A stretch of DNA of 64,000 nt from Octopus sinensis (lineage: Eukaryota). The DNA lies in assembly GCF_006345805.1 (NCBI RefSeq), contig NC_043006.1:14880001-14944000 (forward strand), in the 5' to 3' direction. Both the position numbers and the translations under genes were made by a program. A model generated the notes under the pieces. That model saw nothing but the letters and a program-made list of their open reading frames with translations, was not told where the DNA came from and searched no databases. Below are positions 1 through 11,478 of the stretch, one piece after another. The first letter of the stretch is position 1. Each line of letters starts with the position of its first letter.

Positions 1-289
1 TACACAGTTGTTTTGTTTACTCGGGATATCCAGGTGTATTTCTGCATTTTTCTAGATTGTTTTTGTTTCACTAAAACTCCAATGATTAACAAAATTGTTT
101 TCATTTTTGAAGCAAACTCATATTCATAACCTAATTAATAAGTAACCATTCAATGAGATTCAATGATCGACTTTTAACCATTTGCAAATTCATTTCACTT
201 ACATGATATCCAAATCCAATTTTTGTATTTTTCAAGACTGTTTTGACTTCATTATCAGTTTCACAGATATATATATATATATATATATA

Positions 290-456
290 TATAATCAAAA
301 TAAGCAACAAGTATATCTTCAGTAATTTGGTACGATCGTTTCATGCTGCTTCATTTAATCAAACATTGTAAACATTACAATGTTTAATAAAATGAAGTAG
401 CATGAAATGGTCGTACCAAATTACCGAAGATATACTTGTTGCTTATTTTGATTATA
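290..456. repeat. ~167-bp near-perfect palindrome abutting (TA)n
   Basis: tataatcaaaataagcaacaagtatatcttc... is mirrored by ...gaagatatacttgttgcttattttgattata with a few mismatches. Confidence 0.85.
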
Positions 457-796
457 ATCATCCCACGGATTTATATGGATAATACCATACAAAATTCTCG
501 TACCTCAGACTTAAGTACCATATTCATTTGAATCTAAATTTTGCTGAACTTATATATATATATATATATATTATATAAATATATATCTATTATATAAATA
601 TATTATATATATATATAATTAATTAATAAGGGTGAGAGAATTAGATACTAATTTAATAGTATATCTATCTATTCAACACCAAGTGGCCCAGTGCCCCGAG
701 AAACCTGGATTATTATAATATTTTATAATATATTATAATATTTTATACAAAAATAAATATAAGAGAGTGGTGAGCCATATAGTGACCACTCTCTTA

Positions 797-847
<51 letters not shown>

Positions 848-2400
848 AAAATCAAAAATTTCCCCCAATATAATAAAACAAAAATACTTGAATTTAGCTT
901 TTGTAGCTAAAATTTTTTAAGGATTGCCATAAATCAGACTCTTCTAACATTGACTCTTTACCTGCTTTTTATATCACAATATGTTGGTGTTGTGTAAAAA
1001 TAGCCATCCATACAATATGGAGTGGGAATGTCATTTGAAGATTTGCTTCCCAGAAAGTTTATGATTTATCAAAGTGTTTTATTCGCTAAAGGTAACATAG
1101 CCATTAACTTGTCCTTTGTGTGTGTGTGCGTGCAGCCACCCACCCGCACGCATCATGTAAGATATGAAACTTGTTACTGGAAATTAGTCTATGCAAACAA
1201 ACACAAGCTTCGCATACTTTATACCTATACATGTGTATGCATATATATGTATATATATGTATATATATATATATATATATATACATATATATAAATATAT
1301 ATATAAATACATGCACACATATATAAATGTGTACACATGCGTATATGTACATATATATATATATAAATACACACACATGCATACACATAAATATGTACAC
1401 ATGTATACATATATATATATATATATAATATATATATATATATATACACATATATGCACATACATACACACACATGCTTTATATATATGTATGCATGTAT
1501 GTATATATTATATATACACAATTACAGGAGATATGTATGTTAAATACAGAAAATATACTAGGGTTTATTCACGTGCATATGAGTACATAGATACATGTAC
1601 AGTTATGCCTGTGCACACATCTCTGGATGCTCCTTCAGTTTCACACCTCATTCAACAACGTTGCTTTCCACCTTAAAAATCTTTCCTTTTTATAACCTTC
1701 TGTTGCTTTAGAAAAAAACCCCAAAAAACTCTAAAAATAAAAATTTCATGTTGAGAAAATTCAAACTTTAAAAAAAAACCATAAATTACAAGGTTAACAA
1801 ATGTTGAAAAGATCAATGTATTGACCTGCTCTTAAAAAAAATATTTATAAGAAAGCTTAAAATAAACGCAAATTGAGATCGAAGATAATAAATAATTTAA
1901 ATGTTTTAAACGATATTTTTGGGTCTATGAATGGATCAAGATATGATTTTATAGAGGGCTGTCATGCCAAGTTTTGAGGATTCAGAAAATTTGATGAAGA
2001 ATCCCATTTTTTTTTAATGTTTGGGACTAAGTTGCCAAAGTATGATTTCACATGATGAAAAACAGTTTTTTTTCTAGTGGAGGTAGGAGGGACTTGTTAG
2101 ATAAATACCTTGATCTTTAACATTTGTTACCTTAATATTATTTTAGAAATTTATCTTCTACATGTGGGTGAACATAAAGCTGAAGCAGAATTGATTAGGT
2201 GAACAGTTGAAACCGTTAGGTGACCAATGAAAGCATGCTAGCGCCAGTTTTGTATATGATAAATCAGGTTTTGAAGGTTTCTTAAACAAAAATGAAATCA
2301 AATGTAATTTGCAATTTAAACAGCAACAAATACAAGAAATAATATAACAGCTACCATTATAATCATGGAATTGGTAATACATAGTGTTAATCACCAAATG

Positions 2401-4326
2401 TTAATTTGTTTGTTTAACACAGTAGCAATATTGACGAAGATTTGGATAACGGCTGGCGATACAGTTGGGTGCAGAGCCGTATTTATTTATTCGACTTATT
2501 TCCCCGCTTTTCACTATATACGTATCCAAGGCTACGTTATGTTTTAAGGTGACTTCAAACAAACCATTACCAGGTGTTACATGAAATGTTACTTGTATAA
2601 GGTATTCCTTTTCAACCATTTTGTCAGAAAGGTCAGCAAATCGTCCATCATTGTCACTACTTCGTTTGAATTTGAGCAATTGTTCAGTGGCACGAAATCT
2701 GAAAGCCTGCTTAATGTCAAAAAGTTTTAATTCTCTGCATTCTGAACGAAACTTACTTGTTAATGAATTTATAAACCGTACAGCTTCCATTGCAGATTTT
2801 TTAATTCTCTCATCATCAAGGGAAACAGGATCCCAGTGGAGACAGGCACACCAATGTGGTTCAATGTCAGCATCCTGACAAGAACGTTTCTTTGGAATTT
2901 CTTTAAAAAGACTTATTCCTCGAGATGCTGTAGAACCAGGTTTAAAATCAGTGAAGTTAAAGAGATGCATGAATGTTTCATGAATATCAAATGGTGTAGT
3001 AAGTCGATGTGTGTTTGTTTCAAAATTTTTATAGGCATCAGGATATTTGGTTGCAAACCATTGTGGAAAAAGAAAACTAAAATAGGGCATGCGTTCTTCA
3101 AGTTTTCCCTGAACTGTTTCCCTAACATTTTGAAACCTAGCTCCATGATCAGCCATCAAGATTAAAATAGTATGATCCAGATGACCCGATGTTTTCATGT
3201 AAGTCAGGAAAGCAAATAGATCATTGTCAACATGTTGAATCAGATTGTTATCTCCATGGCTACACTCTGAGTAAAACAAAAAGGAAAATTTTGGTTTGGT
3301 GTTATACATCTCAACAAAATGTCTAATCCAGTTTAAAAAAATATTATCACGTTTTTCAGAACCTAAACAGTAAGCTTTGTTTTTAGAATAGTGCTTTTCA
3401 GCCTCCATGTGATATGTTCGCATATAATGATCAACAGGCTGCTTTTTAAATCCCAACATACGGTATGTAAAAGTTCCTATGTTGGGGCTATCTTCTCCGT
3501 ACTGTGTGACATAACCAGCATCTCTGAAATTTTTCCAAATCCATGGGTGGCCATCAACAACACTTGCGTTTTTATGACCCCTACGAGCTTCAGGTAACTC
3601 CCATTCAGTTTGCCCCGTCAAAATAGGAAGAAGTGCTTGAGGGGTGCCATCACCAACAATGTTATATCCATTCAGGACAAGTCCACCAAGTTTAGTAAAA
3701 TACTTATGTGACTTTGGTAACATGCGTAACCATGTCATGTGAGAGACAGAATCAATTCCAAACATTATCACACTTAATTTAGGCATATTTTTGGGAGCCT
3801 GAATTTTTTCTGATCTCTTCAAGGTCTGTTCCTGTTTGGCTATTGCGCAGTGAACATTGTCATAATGAACACCCTTTTTACTTTTACATGATATGCGAAA
3901 GAAATCTGAATTTATTAAAGTGCCATTCTGTATATTTTTAATTACAGGTCCATCACTAATTGAAAAATCATCAGCACCACGTATTATTGGAATATAATCA
4001 CACTCAAAGTTACCATATTTCGAATTTATTTTTGGTGACTTTAGAAGGACACCTTCTTTAACAAATATCCAATCTTCTTCCTCATTGCATTTTATTTCAG
4101 GAAGTTTCTTGAAAAACTTTATAATTTCAGGAAGATTTGGATCAAGCTGGGGATGAATACAGCTCTGAGTCTCACCTGAAATCTGTCTTTTTTGGGTGCT
4201 ATAGACTTCCTGTGTGATTAGTTTTGAAACCAATAGGATAATGGAGATAAAAAGGCACACAGATAAGACCTTCTCATGTTTTCGCCTTTGGCGAAAAATA
4301 AAACAACAATATTTGCCAGAAAACAT
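2401..4326 (-). CDS. DUF229-family protein (alkaline phosphatase/sulfatase-like superfamily), predicted type II membrane-anchored, 641 aa
   Basis: Long uninterrupted ORF. The track start at 4347 is TTG; the first in-frame ATG is at 4326 and the stop TAA is at 2403-2401. N-terminal basic then hydrophobic anchor (RQRRKHEK-VLSVCLFISIILLV). DUF229-type motifs: GIDSVS, YNIVGDGT, GYVTQYGED, QPVDHYMR, SHGD, ILMADHGARF, GKLEERMP, LTTPFDIHET, PHWCAC. Confidence 0.92.
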   Translation of the reverse strand: MFSGKYCCFIFRQRRKHEKVLSVCLFISIILLVSKLITQEVYSTQKRQISGETQSCIHPQLDPNLPEIIKFFKKLPEIKCNEEEDWIFVKEGVLLKSPKINSKYGNFECDYIPIIRGADDFSISDGPVIKNIQNGTLINSDFFRISCKSKKGVHYDNVHCAIAKQEQTLKRSEKIQAPKNMPKLSVIMFGIDSVSHMTWLRMLPKSHKYFTKLGGLVLNGYNIVGDGTPQALLPILTGQTEWELPEARRGHKNASVVDGHPWIWKNFRDAGYVTQYGEDSPNIGTFTYRMLGFKKQPVDHYMRTYHMEAEKHYSKNKAYCLGSEKRDNIFLNWIRHFVEMYNTKPKFSFLFYSECSHGDNNLIQHVDNDLFAFLTYMKTSGHLDHTILILMADHGARFQNVRETVQGKLEERMPYFSFLFPQWFATKYPDAYKNFETNTHRLTTPFDIHETFMHLFNFTDFKPGSTASRGISLFKEIPKKRSCQDADIEPHWCACLHWDPVSLDDERIKKSAMEAVRFINSLTSKFRSECRELKLFDIKQAFRFRATEQLLKFKRSSDNDGRFADLSDKMVEKEYLIQVTFHVTPGNGLFEVTLKHNVALDTYIVKSGEISRINKYGSAPNCIASRYPNLRQYCYCVKQTN

Positions 4327-4456
4327 GATGATTTCAATACATGGCAAAATTCCCTTTTCTCCCGGCTGACATCAGAAGGGTGAAATACTGGTAACTGGTC
4401 TGCCTATCCAATTCTTGACTTCATTTGGATAACTTGATTTGATCATATGTTGGATA

Positions 4457-4490
4457 CTGAAAATATACACAAAAAAGGGGCAAAAAAAGT
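4457..4490 (-). promoter_or_regulatory. Probable 3' splice acceptor of the DUF229 coding exon
   Basis: Minus strand reads ctttttttgccccttttttgtgtatattttCAG|TATCC: a polypyrimidine tract plus CAG, 130 nt upstream of the ATG. Confidence 0.6.
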
Positions 4491-4639
4491 CAAAATATTA
4501 AAAACAGAATTGAACAGATAGGAAATGATTATCTATTTAAAAGAAATACTGGTCAGCAGGATTGCCATCAATTTCTAACAATTGTTGCCTATCAAATATG
4601 TAGATACACAGCTAAGCAGAGTATATAGAGAGTAACTTA

Positions 4640-5190
4640 CTCACCAAGGAGTTGTATAAAACTGTATACAGCTATGGTACGACCACACTTGGAATTCGCA
4701 TCATCAGTTTGGAACCCCTATCTTGCTCAGAACATTGACCTCCTGGAATCTGTCCAGAGACGTGCAACCAAACGCATACCCTCCATCAGACACCTACCAT
4801 ATTCTGAGCGCCTTGTTTCCCTGGGCATGGATTCACTGAAGCTCCGGCGTCTGGCAACGGACTTGGTAAACACCCACAAGGTTATCAACCACCTCACCAA
4901 CAACAACACTGAACACCTTTTTGATCTCCATGTGTCTAACACACGTGGACATGCCTACAAAGTCAGAAAACAGCACAGCTCCCATGACTTTCGGAAACAT
5001 TTTTTCACGCTCAGGGTTGCTGAAGCGTGGAATAAACTGCCTGCATCAGTTGTTGACTGCCATGACACTGCATCCTTTAAGGCCCTCATGCTTCCCGAAA
5101 TCCGCCGAAACTACACCTGATTATATATACACTTTAGATGAGTTGTAGTGCACCTGAGCACTGTACGCAATTATTATTATTATTATTATT
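4640..5190 (+). mobile_element. 5'-truncated CR1/L2-like LINE (ORF2 C-terminus, 3' UTR, (ATT)n tail)
   Basis: ORF 4674-5120 reads VRPHLEFASSVWNPY...LESVQRRATK...YSERL..L...L..RR...RGH...FF..RV...WN.LP and ends in an ATT tail. Confidence 0.9.
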
Positions 5191-5239
5191 TATATTTGTG
5201 TCTGTATCCTGTCTGATCCCTCACTAATATAATTTTAAT

Positions 5240-5477
5240 CAATATTTATTTCTTTACTACCCACAAGGGGCTAAACATAGAGGGGACAAACAAGGACAGA
5301 CAAAGGGATTAAGTCAATTACATCGACCCCAGTGGGTAACTGGTACTTAATTTATCGACCCCGAAAGGATGAAAGGCAAAGTCGACCTCGGCGGAATTTG
5401 AACTCACAACGTAACGACAGACGAAATACGGCTACGCATTTCGCCCGGCATGCAAACGCTTCTGCCAACTCGCCGCC
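5240..5477 (-). mobile_element. tRNA-derived SINE, type A (head GGCGGCGAGCTGGCAGAA)
   Basis: Minus strand shows an A-box-like head, B-box GAGTTCAAATTCC, and a GTCGACTTTGCCTTTCATCCTTTCGGGGTCGATAAA core. Many copies in the window. Confidence 0.8.
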
Positions 5478-5894
5478 TTCTATATTATGTAACACACACA
5501 CACACAGCCACCCACCTATGCGTACACACACATTTCAACCTAGAAGTAACCATGCAAACCAACCAACCTGCAGTAAACTACTTTTATGTAACATTCAATT
5601 TGAACACAGCGGAAATAATACCTTTACAGATAGCCAAACCAGGCGCTTTTAAGTATAAAAATAATCTCAAACTCCCCATTGATAATCAGAAATCTAGTCA
5701 GCATCATAAGCTGGAGAATATCAACTGTGTACAGTCAGGTGTATGACTGCTACTGTTGAGTTTAGAGCTCCACGTAGATTATCATCATCCAGACTACTTC
5801 CAGTATAGTGTTTAAGTTGTGGCTATAAGTAGTAGTGTTACAAACAATGGTATTCAAAGCAAATGTAAGAGAAATTATGATAGGCACAAATTTA

Positions 5895-6290
5895 TATTAC
5901 TCTTTTACTCTTTACTCTTTTACTTGTTTCAGTCATTTGACTGCGGCCATGCTGGAGCACCGCCTTTAGTCGAGCAAATCGACCCCGGGACTTATTCTTT
6001 GTAAGCCCAGTACTTATTCTATCGGTCTCTTTTGCTGAACCGCTAAGTGACGGGGACGTAAACACACCAGCATCGGTTGTCAAGCAATGCTAGGGGGACA
6101 AACACACACACACACATATATACACATATATACGACAAGCTTCTTTCAGTTTCCGTCTACCAAATCCACTCACAAGGCATTGGTCGGCCTGGGGCTATAG
6201 CAGAAGACACTTGCCCAAGATGCCACACAGTGGGACTGGACCCGGAACCATGTGGTTGGTTAGCAAGCTACTTACCACACAGCCACTCCT
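5895..6290 (-). mobile_element. tRNA-derived SINE, type B (head GAGTGGCTGTGTGGTAAG, CORE-like CCTTGGGCAAGTG, internal (TA/TG)n, (AGTAAA)n tail)
   Basis: Near-identical copies at 24130, 36242, 51355 and 55171. Confidence 0.85.
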
Positions 6291-6626
6291 GTATGTTTCA
6301 CTATTGTAGTTGTTTGGAACCACATTGGCTGTTACAAAACAACCACAATGTTGAAACATATGTAGGGAACAAACAATATAAACTTGTGTCTATCATAAGC
6401 TATATATAATTGTGGTAGTGGTGGTGGTGGGCATTATGCTAATAATAAACAATTGATTGGCTCTGTAACAATTATTTTATTATTATTAGTCAATTTGTTG
6501 ATATTCAATCAATTAATTGATTGTTCAATAAATTGTTTGATCACTTCTTTTGTTGTTATTCAAGAATAAAATCTATTTCAACAATTGAGTTCACACCAAT
6601 AATTGTGCAAATCAAATGTGAAAACA

Positions 6627-6659
<33 letters not shown>

Positions 6660-6663
<4 letters not shown>

Positions 6664-6940
6664 TCATCATCATCATCATCATTTAGTGTCCGCTTTCCAT
6701 GCTAGCATGGGTTGGACGGTTCAACTGGGGTCTGTGAAGCTGGAAGGCTTCGTCAGGCCCAGTCAGATTTGGCAGTGTTTCTACGGCTGGATGCCCTTCC
6801 TAACGCCAACCACTCCGTGAGTGTAGTGGGTGCTTTTTACGTGCCACCCGCACAGGTGCCAGACAGAGCTGGCAAACGGCCATGAACGGATGGTGCTTTT
6901 ACGTGTCACCGGCACGGGGCCAGGCGATGCTGGCAACGGA
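6660..6940 (-). mobile_element. RTE-LINE-type 3' UTR fragment with (GAT)n tail
   Basis: Tail GCATGGAAAGCGGAC..TAAATGATGATG. The same family is joined to an RTE ORF end at 14.3-15.0 kb. Confidence 0.75.
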
Positions 6941-6975
<35 letters not shown>

Positions 6976-7317
6976 CCATATATATATATATATATACATG
7001 TATACACACACATACATGCACTTACATATATGCTTATATATGTATTATTAAACAATTAAAAATTAAAAATTGTAAACTTAAAAAATTAAGATATTGGAGT
7101 GTCAAATAAGGTTGTAGGATATTACCTAAGGGGTGTTTAGTATATGTACTGAGATTACCTAAGGGGTGTTTAGTATATGTACTGTGATGATTTAGGTTGC
7201 ATTTAGATTTGTGGTAAAATTTGAAGGTATGAAAAAAGCAGTGATTACATGTACCTAGGGCCTCATTATATCTATTTCGTAGTATAGAAGAGTTGTGTTT
7301 ACACTCACACACACACA

Positions 7318-8311
7318 CACAAGCATGACAGGAGAAAATAGACACCCCATAAAACATCGTTTTATGCTTATTCTAACTTGCAAAAGTTTATATTTTTTAT
7401 TAATTGACATTTTCATGTTTTAGGTTCTATATGTGACTGTTTAATAATGCCACGTACAAAAGAAGCCTTGGAGCTGTCTGAATTTCAAAGAGGCCGTATT
7501 GTGGGTCATTCTGAAGGTGGACATAGTCAGCGTAAAATTGCAGAAAACCTTGGGATCCCAATTTCTACACTTAATAGAGTGATTGTGCAATTCACCAGAG
7601 AGGGGAAGGAATCCACATCACCTCGTTCAGATCAACCAGGGGCCCTTTGACAGGCCCCTTCTGCATGAAACTTGGCAAGAAATTCTGCATGAGAATATTC
7701 GTCATCTGATCAGTAACAGGCCTAATAGGGTCCTTGCACTGAAAAATGCAAAGGGCATGTCTACTAAATATTAAATATTCACATTATAACAATTAATAAA
7801 TAATTTGAATGTATAATAATAATAATAATAATTGTGTACAGTGCTCAGGTGCACTACAACTCATCTAAAGTGTATATATAATCAGGTGTAGTTTCGGCGG
7901 ATTTCGGGAAGCATGAGGGCCTTAAAGGATGCAGTGTCATGGCAGTCAACAACTGATGCAGGCAGTTTATTCCACGCTTCAGCAACCCTGAGCGTGAAAA
8001 AATGTTTCCGAAAGTCATGGGAGCTGTGCTGTTTTCTGACTTTGTAGGCATGTCCACGTGTGTTAGACACATGGAGATCAAAAAGGTGTTCAGTGTTGTT
8101 GTTGGTGAGGTGGTTGATAACCTTGTGGGTGTTTACCAAGTCCGTTGCCAGATGCCGGAGCTTCAGTGAATACATGCCCAGGGAAACAAGGCGCTCAGAA
8201 TATGGTAGGTGTCTGATGGAGGGTATGCGTTTGGTTGCACGTCTCTGGATATAATTTCAGATTTAAATGTTAATGATTACCAGGAGTCTATTTACTTCTG
8301 ATATGAATGTA
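7318..8311 (+). mobile_element. Internally deleted Tc1-like DNA transposon, interrupted by a LINE
   Basis: N-terminal [23 protein letters not shown]...[20 protein letters not shown] (7447-) is joined to the C-terminus WQEILHENIRHLISNRPNRVLALKNAKGMSTKY* (to 7774). Imperfect 29-bp TIRs at 7318-7346 and 8283-8311 (21/29 match). Confidence 0.8.
7812..8249 (-). mobile_element. 5'-truncated CR1/L2-like LINE, near-identical inverted copy of 4753-5190
   Basis: Same translation as the 4.7-kb copy; only 3 substitutions seen over ~440 bp. Confidence 0.9.
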
Positions 8312-8349
8312 TGTATGTGTGTGTGTGTGTGTGTGTGTATAGACATGAA

Positions 8350-8585
8350 CATGACATATAGAGGGGAGACATCTAGGAGCATTGGGGAAAGACTAAACGA
8401 ACATTTGAGACGATATGACGACAAAACACAGTCCTCCATACTCTACCAATGTACCAAGGACCAACATGGAGGTAACCTGGGTCAACTTGACACCTGCATT
8501 TTATCCAAGAAACCAAAGGACCCAACACTCAGACAAATACAGGAGTATGTCCTCATAAATGAAACACATCCACAGTTTATATTTA
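8350..8585 (+). mobile_element. Penelope-like GIY-YIG endonuclease fragment
   Basis: YRGETSRSIGERLNEH...SSILYQ...QHGG...ILSKKPKDPTLRQIQEYVLI matches the PLE GIY-YIG pattern YIGETxRxLxERxxEH...R.I.E...I. Confidence 0.7.
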
Positions 8586-9199
8586 TATACAGGTAGAATA
8601 GTTTGTGGGCTATTATGTAGATGTATGTATGTATGTGTGTGTGTGTATATGTATATGCACGTGTCTGTAGGCATATGGATATGAAAGAAAACGATAGACA
8701 TACAGATGGGGTCATACATACAGGTACATATGAACAGACAAGCACATATACACACACATACACAAATGACGACTGAAACACACGACCATATACACACACA
8801 CTTCACTTCACACAAAGACACATATGAAGACACACATCCACACATACAGACAGAGTACATAGTCACAAAACCCATACACACACACATACACAGACACACT
8901 CAGACATGCACACACAAGGAGACAGAGGTACACACACACACATAAAAACACACAATCACGAACACACAAGCACACGAATATGCAGAATACATACGTAGAA
9001 ATGTACACACATACATATATACACACACACAAACATACATGCATACACACACTGACATGCATTCCGTTGCAAGATGCAACGGAAATTCTAGAAAAATAAG
9101 TAAATGAGTGGAAATGAGTGTGTTAAATTATAAGGCACTAAAAGAGAATGACTCTCCCCAGACACAACAGAATATATATACATATATATATATATATAT

Positions 9200-9737
9200 C
9201 CGTACTAGTGGGGTGCAAAGAGCACCATACAAACGTGATCGCTGACAGAGCGGCTAACCGGCTTCCATGCCAGTGGCACATAAAAGGCACCATTTGAGTG
9301 TGATCGTTACCAGCGTCACCTTACTGGCACTTGTGCCTCTTCTAGTAGGGTGCCAAGAGCAGCATCTGAGTGTGATCGTTGCCAGAGCATCCAACTGGCT
9401 TCCGTGTTGGTGGCATGTAAAAGGGCACTATTTGAGCGTGATCGTTACCAACATCGCCTTAGTGGAACCTGTGCCGGTGGCATGTGTAAAAAGATTCGAG
9501 CGTGGTCGTTGCCAGTACCGCCTGACTGGTCCCCGTGCTGGTGGCACGTAAAAAAGCACCCACTACACTCACGGGGTGGTTGGTGTTAGGAAGGGCATCC
9601 AGCTGTAGAAACTCTGCCAAATCAAGATTGGAGCCTGGTGCAGCCACGTGGTTCGCCAGCCCTCAGTCAAAATCGTCCAACCCATGCTAGCATGGAAAGT
9701 GGACGTTAAATGATGATGATGATGATGATGATGATGG
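9200..9737 (+). mobile_element. RTE-type 3' UTR with internal ~70-bp subrepeats and (GAT)n tail
   Basis: Repeated gtggcatgtaaaagg...gagcgtgatcgtt units followed by the shared GGAAGGGCATCCAGC...GGACGTTAAATGATGAT tail. Confidence 0.7.
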
Positions 9738-10591
9738 TGATTAATAAAATAATATTGCAAAATTCCGGTTTCTTTTGGGTATTCTCTTGTATCATTGTAT
9801 ATTTTTCACAAAATACAGATAAAGGCATGGCTGTTGATTGAAGGAGTTTCACTTTGCAAACATAGTCTTGGACTCGGTTCTACTGTGTGGAACCTAGGAT
9901 AAGTGCCTGCTGTATAGTTACAAGCCAGCCAGTGAGTGGATATGATAGATGGAAACTGGATAGCATGTTATATATACATGGATTTTTATGGTACACAGCA
10001 ACATTTTCTCTTTACAATAGCCTCAGGCAATTCATTGTACCGTTGAAAGTGTGTAGCTACACCTTTTTACTAAGGCCCTGTTAGCTTCTTTCTTTTCCTC
10101 TTTTTAATTTCCAGCCAGCACTATATGTTTCCATTAAGTCACTTGTCTTTATGTAAACATGTTATGAATAGGCAAAAAACCTGTTTTAGATACTTAGCTG
10201 AAACCATATATATATTCTATGGATAATTGGTAAAAATATATCAGCCAGTCAGCCTAAATAAACATCTTGATTTCATACTTGTACTTGTAAGTCTTCCTTG
10301 CCTTTTAGAATTCTTTTTGTAGCAGTTCATGAATATTATACGTAGAATTAGTTCTCGTTTGTGAGCTTTCAATACATTTATGATCGACAAACTTTAAGTG
10401 TATTCTGTGCTTTGGTATAGTTTACTGAATTATATTATATACATAAAAGCATTACAGCTATCCTGGTAAGCTTATGCTTCATTTCATCTGAAACGTAATC
10501 TTATCAGATCAATTATAATTTAATTGTTCTACATTTTTCTCTGATAACAGTAATGAGTAATATAGCAAGACACACAGAAGTACAATACACA

Positions 10592-10952
10592 TCATCATCA
10601 TCATCATCATCGTTTAACGTCCGTTTTCCGTGGTAGCAAGGGTTGGATGGTTCAACCAGGGTCTGGGAAGCCAGGAGGCTGCACCAGGCTCCAGTCTGAT
10701 CTGGCAGTGTTTCTACAGCTGGATGCCCTTCCTAACACCAACCACTCTGTGAGTGTAGTGGGTGCTTTTTACGTGCCACCAGCACAGGTGCCAGGGGAGG
10801 CTGGCATTGGCCACATTCGGATGGTGCTTTTTACATGCCATCGGGACAGAAGCCAGTCAAGGCAGCGCTGGCATTGGCCACATTCGGATGGTGATTTTTA
10901 CGTGCCACCGACACAGAAGCCAGTCAAGGCGACGCTGGCATCGGCCACGTTC
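10592..10952 (-). mobile_element. RTE-type 3' UTR fragment
   Basis: (CAT)n followed by cgtttaacgtccg...ggatgcccttcctaac... Confidence 0.7.
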
Positions 10953-11478
10953 GGTAAAATAAATGCTATTTCATTTCAAAGAAGTATAATAACTAACAAG
11001 CAAGACTGGCAGAATGGCAGAGTCATTAGGTCATTTGAGAGACATCTTGAAGTAGTTGTCTTGAAGTAGTTGTTCTGGCTCTTTATTTTCTCAATTCAAA
11101 TACTGTTGAGGTTCACTCTGCTGTTTATTTTTCCTCACTTGATGAGCTATCATAATTCAAGCAACTGAGTTCATTTTATTCAGCTGCTCATTTCCTCAAA
11201 ATCTGGATCCTTGTGTCTATGTAGGAAACCAATATTATTAACTCAAATGGAGGTCACAGTTCCCATTGTCATATTGTGGAGTCAATCCAACTGACCACTC
11301 ATTGATGATGCTTACAGGATGTCAAGCTATTGCCTTTGTTTATTACATTGTTATTTTTTTTCTACAGTATAAGGCTTTAGACTTAGGTTTGTCATGAACT
11401 CCAGGACACAAAAGGCCAAAACTTGACCCATTTTGCATGATGTATAATTGACTATAATTGACTATAATTGACTGAGAA

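Noticed and set aside
1-265. Two loosely similar ~50-bp segments and a minus-strand ORF running off the window edge
   Set aside because: Too short and interrupted to assign; cannot be evaluated without the flanking sequence.
1022-1676. ORFs rich in Y/I/H/T/V/C (also at ~8.5-9.0, 22.3, 23.3, 30.5, 37.5, 38.6, 43.4-45.9 and 50.3 kb)
   Set aside because: These are translations of (TA)n/(CA)n microsatellites or of the palindromic foldback; no coding signal.
4327-4347. Track start of the DUF229 ORF at 4347 (648 aa)
   Set aside because: The codon is TTG; the first in-frame ATG after the upstream TGA is at 4326.
7107-7175. Short perfect tandem duplications (33 bp here; also ~17030, ~38950 and ~60465)
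   Set aside because: Ordinary slippage-type duplications with no further structure.
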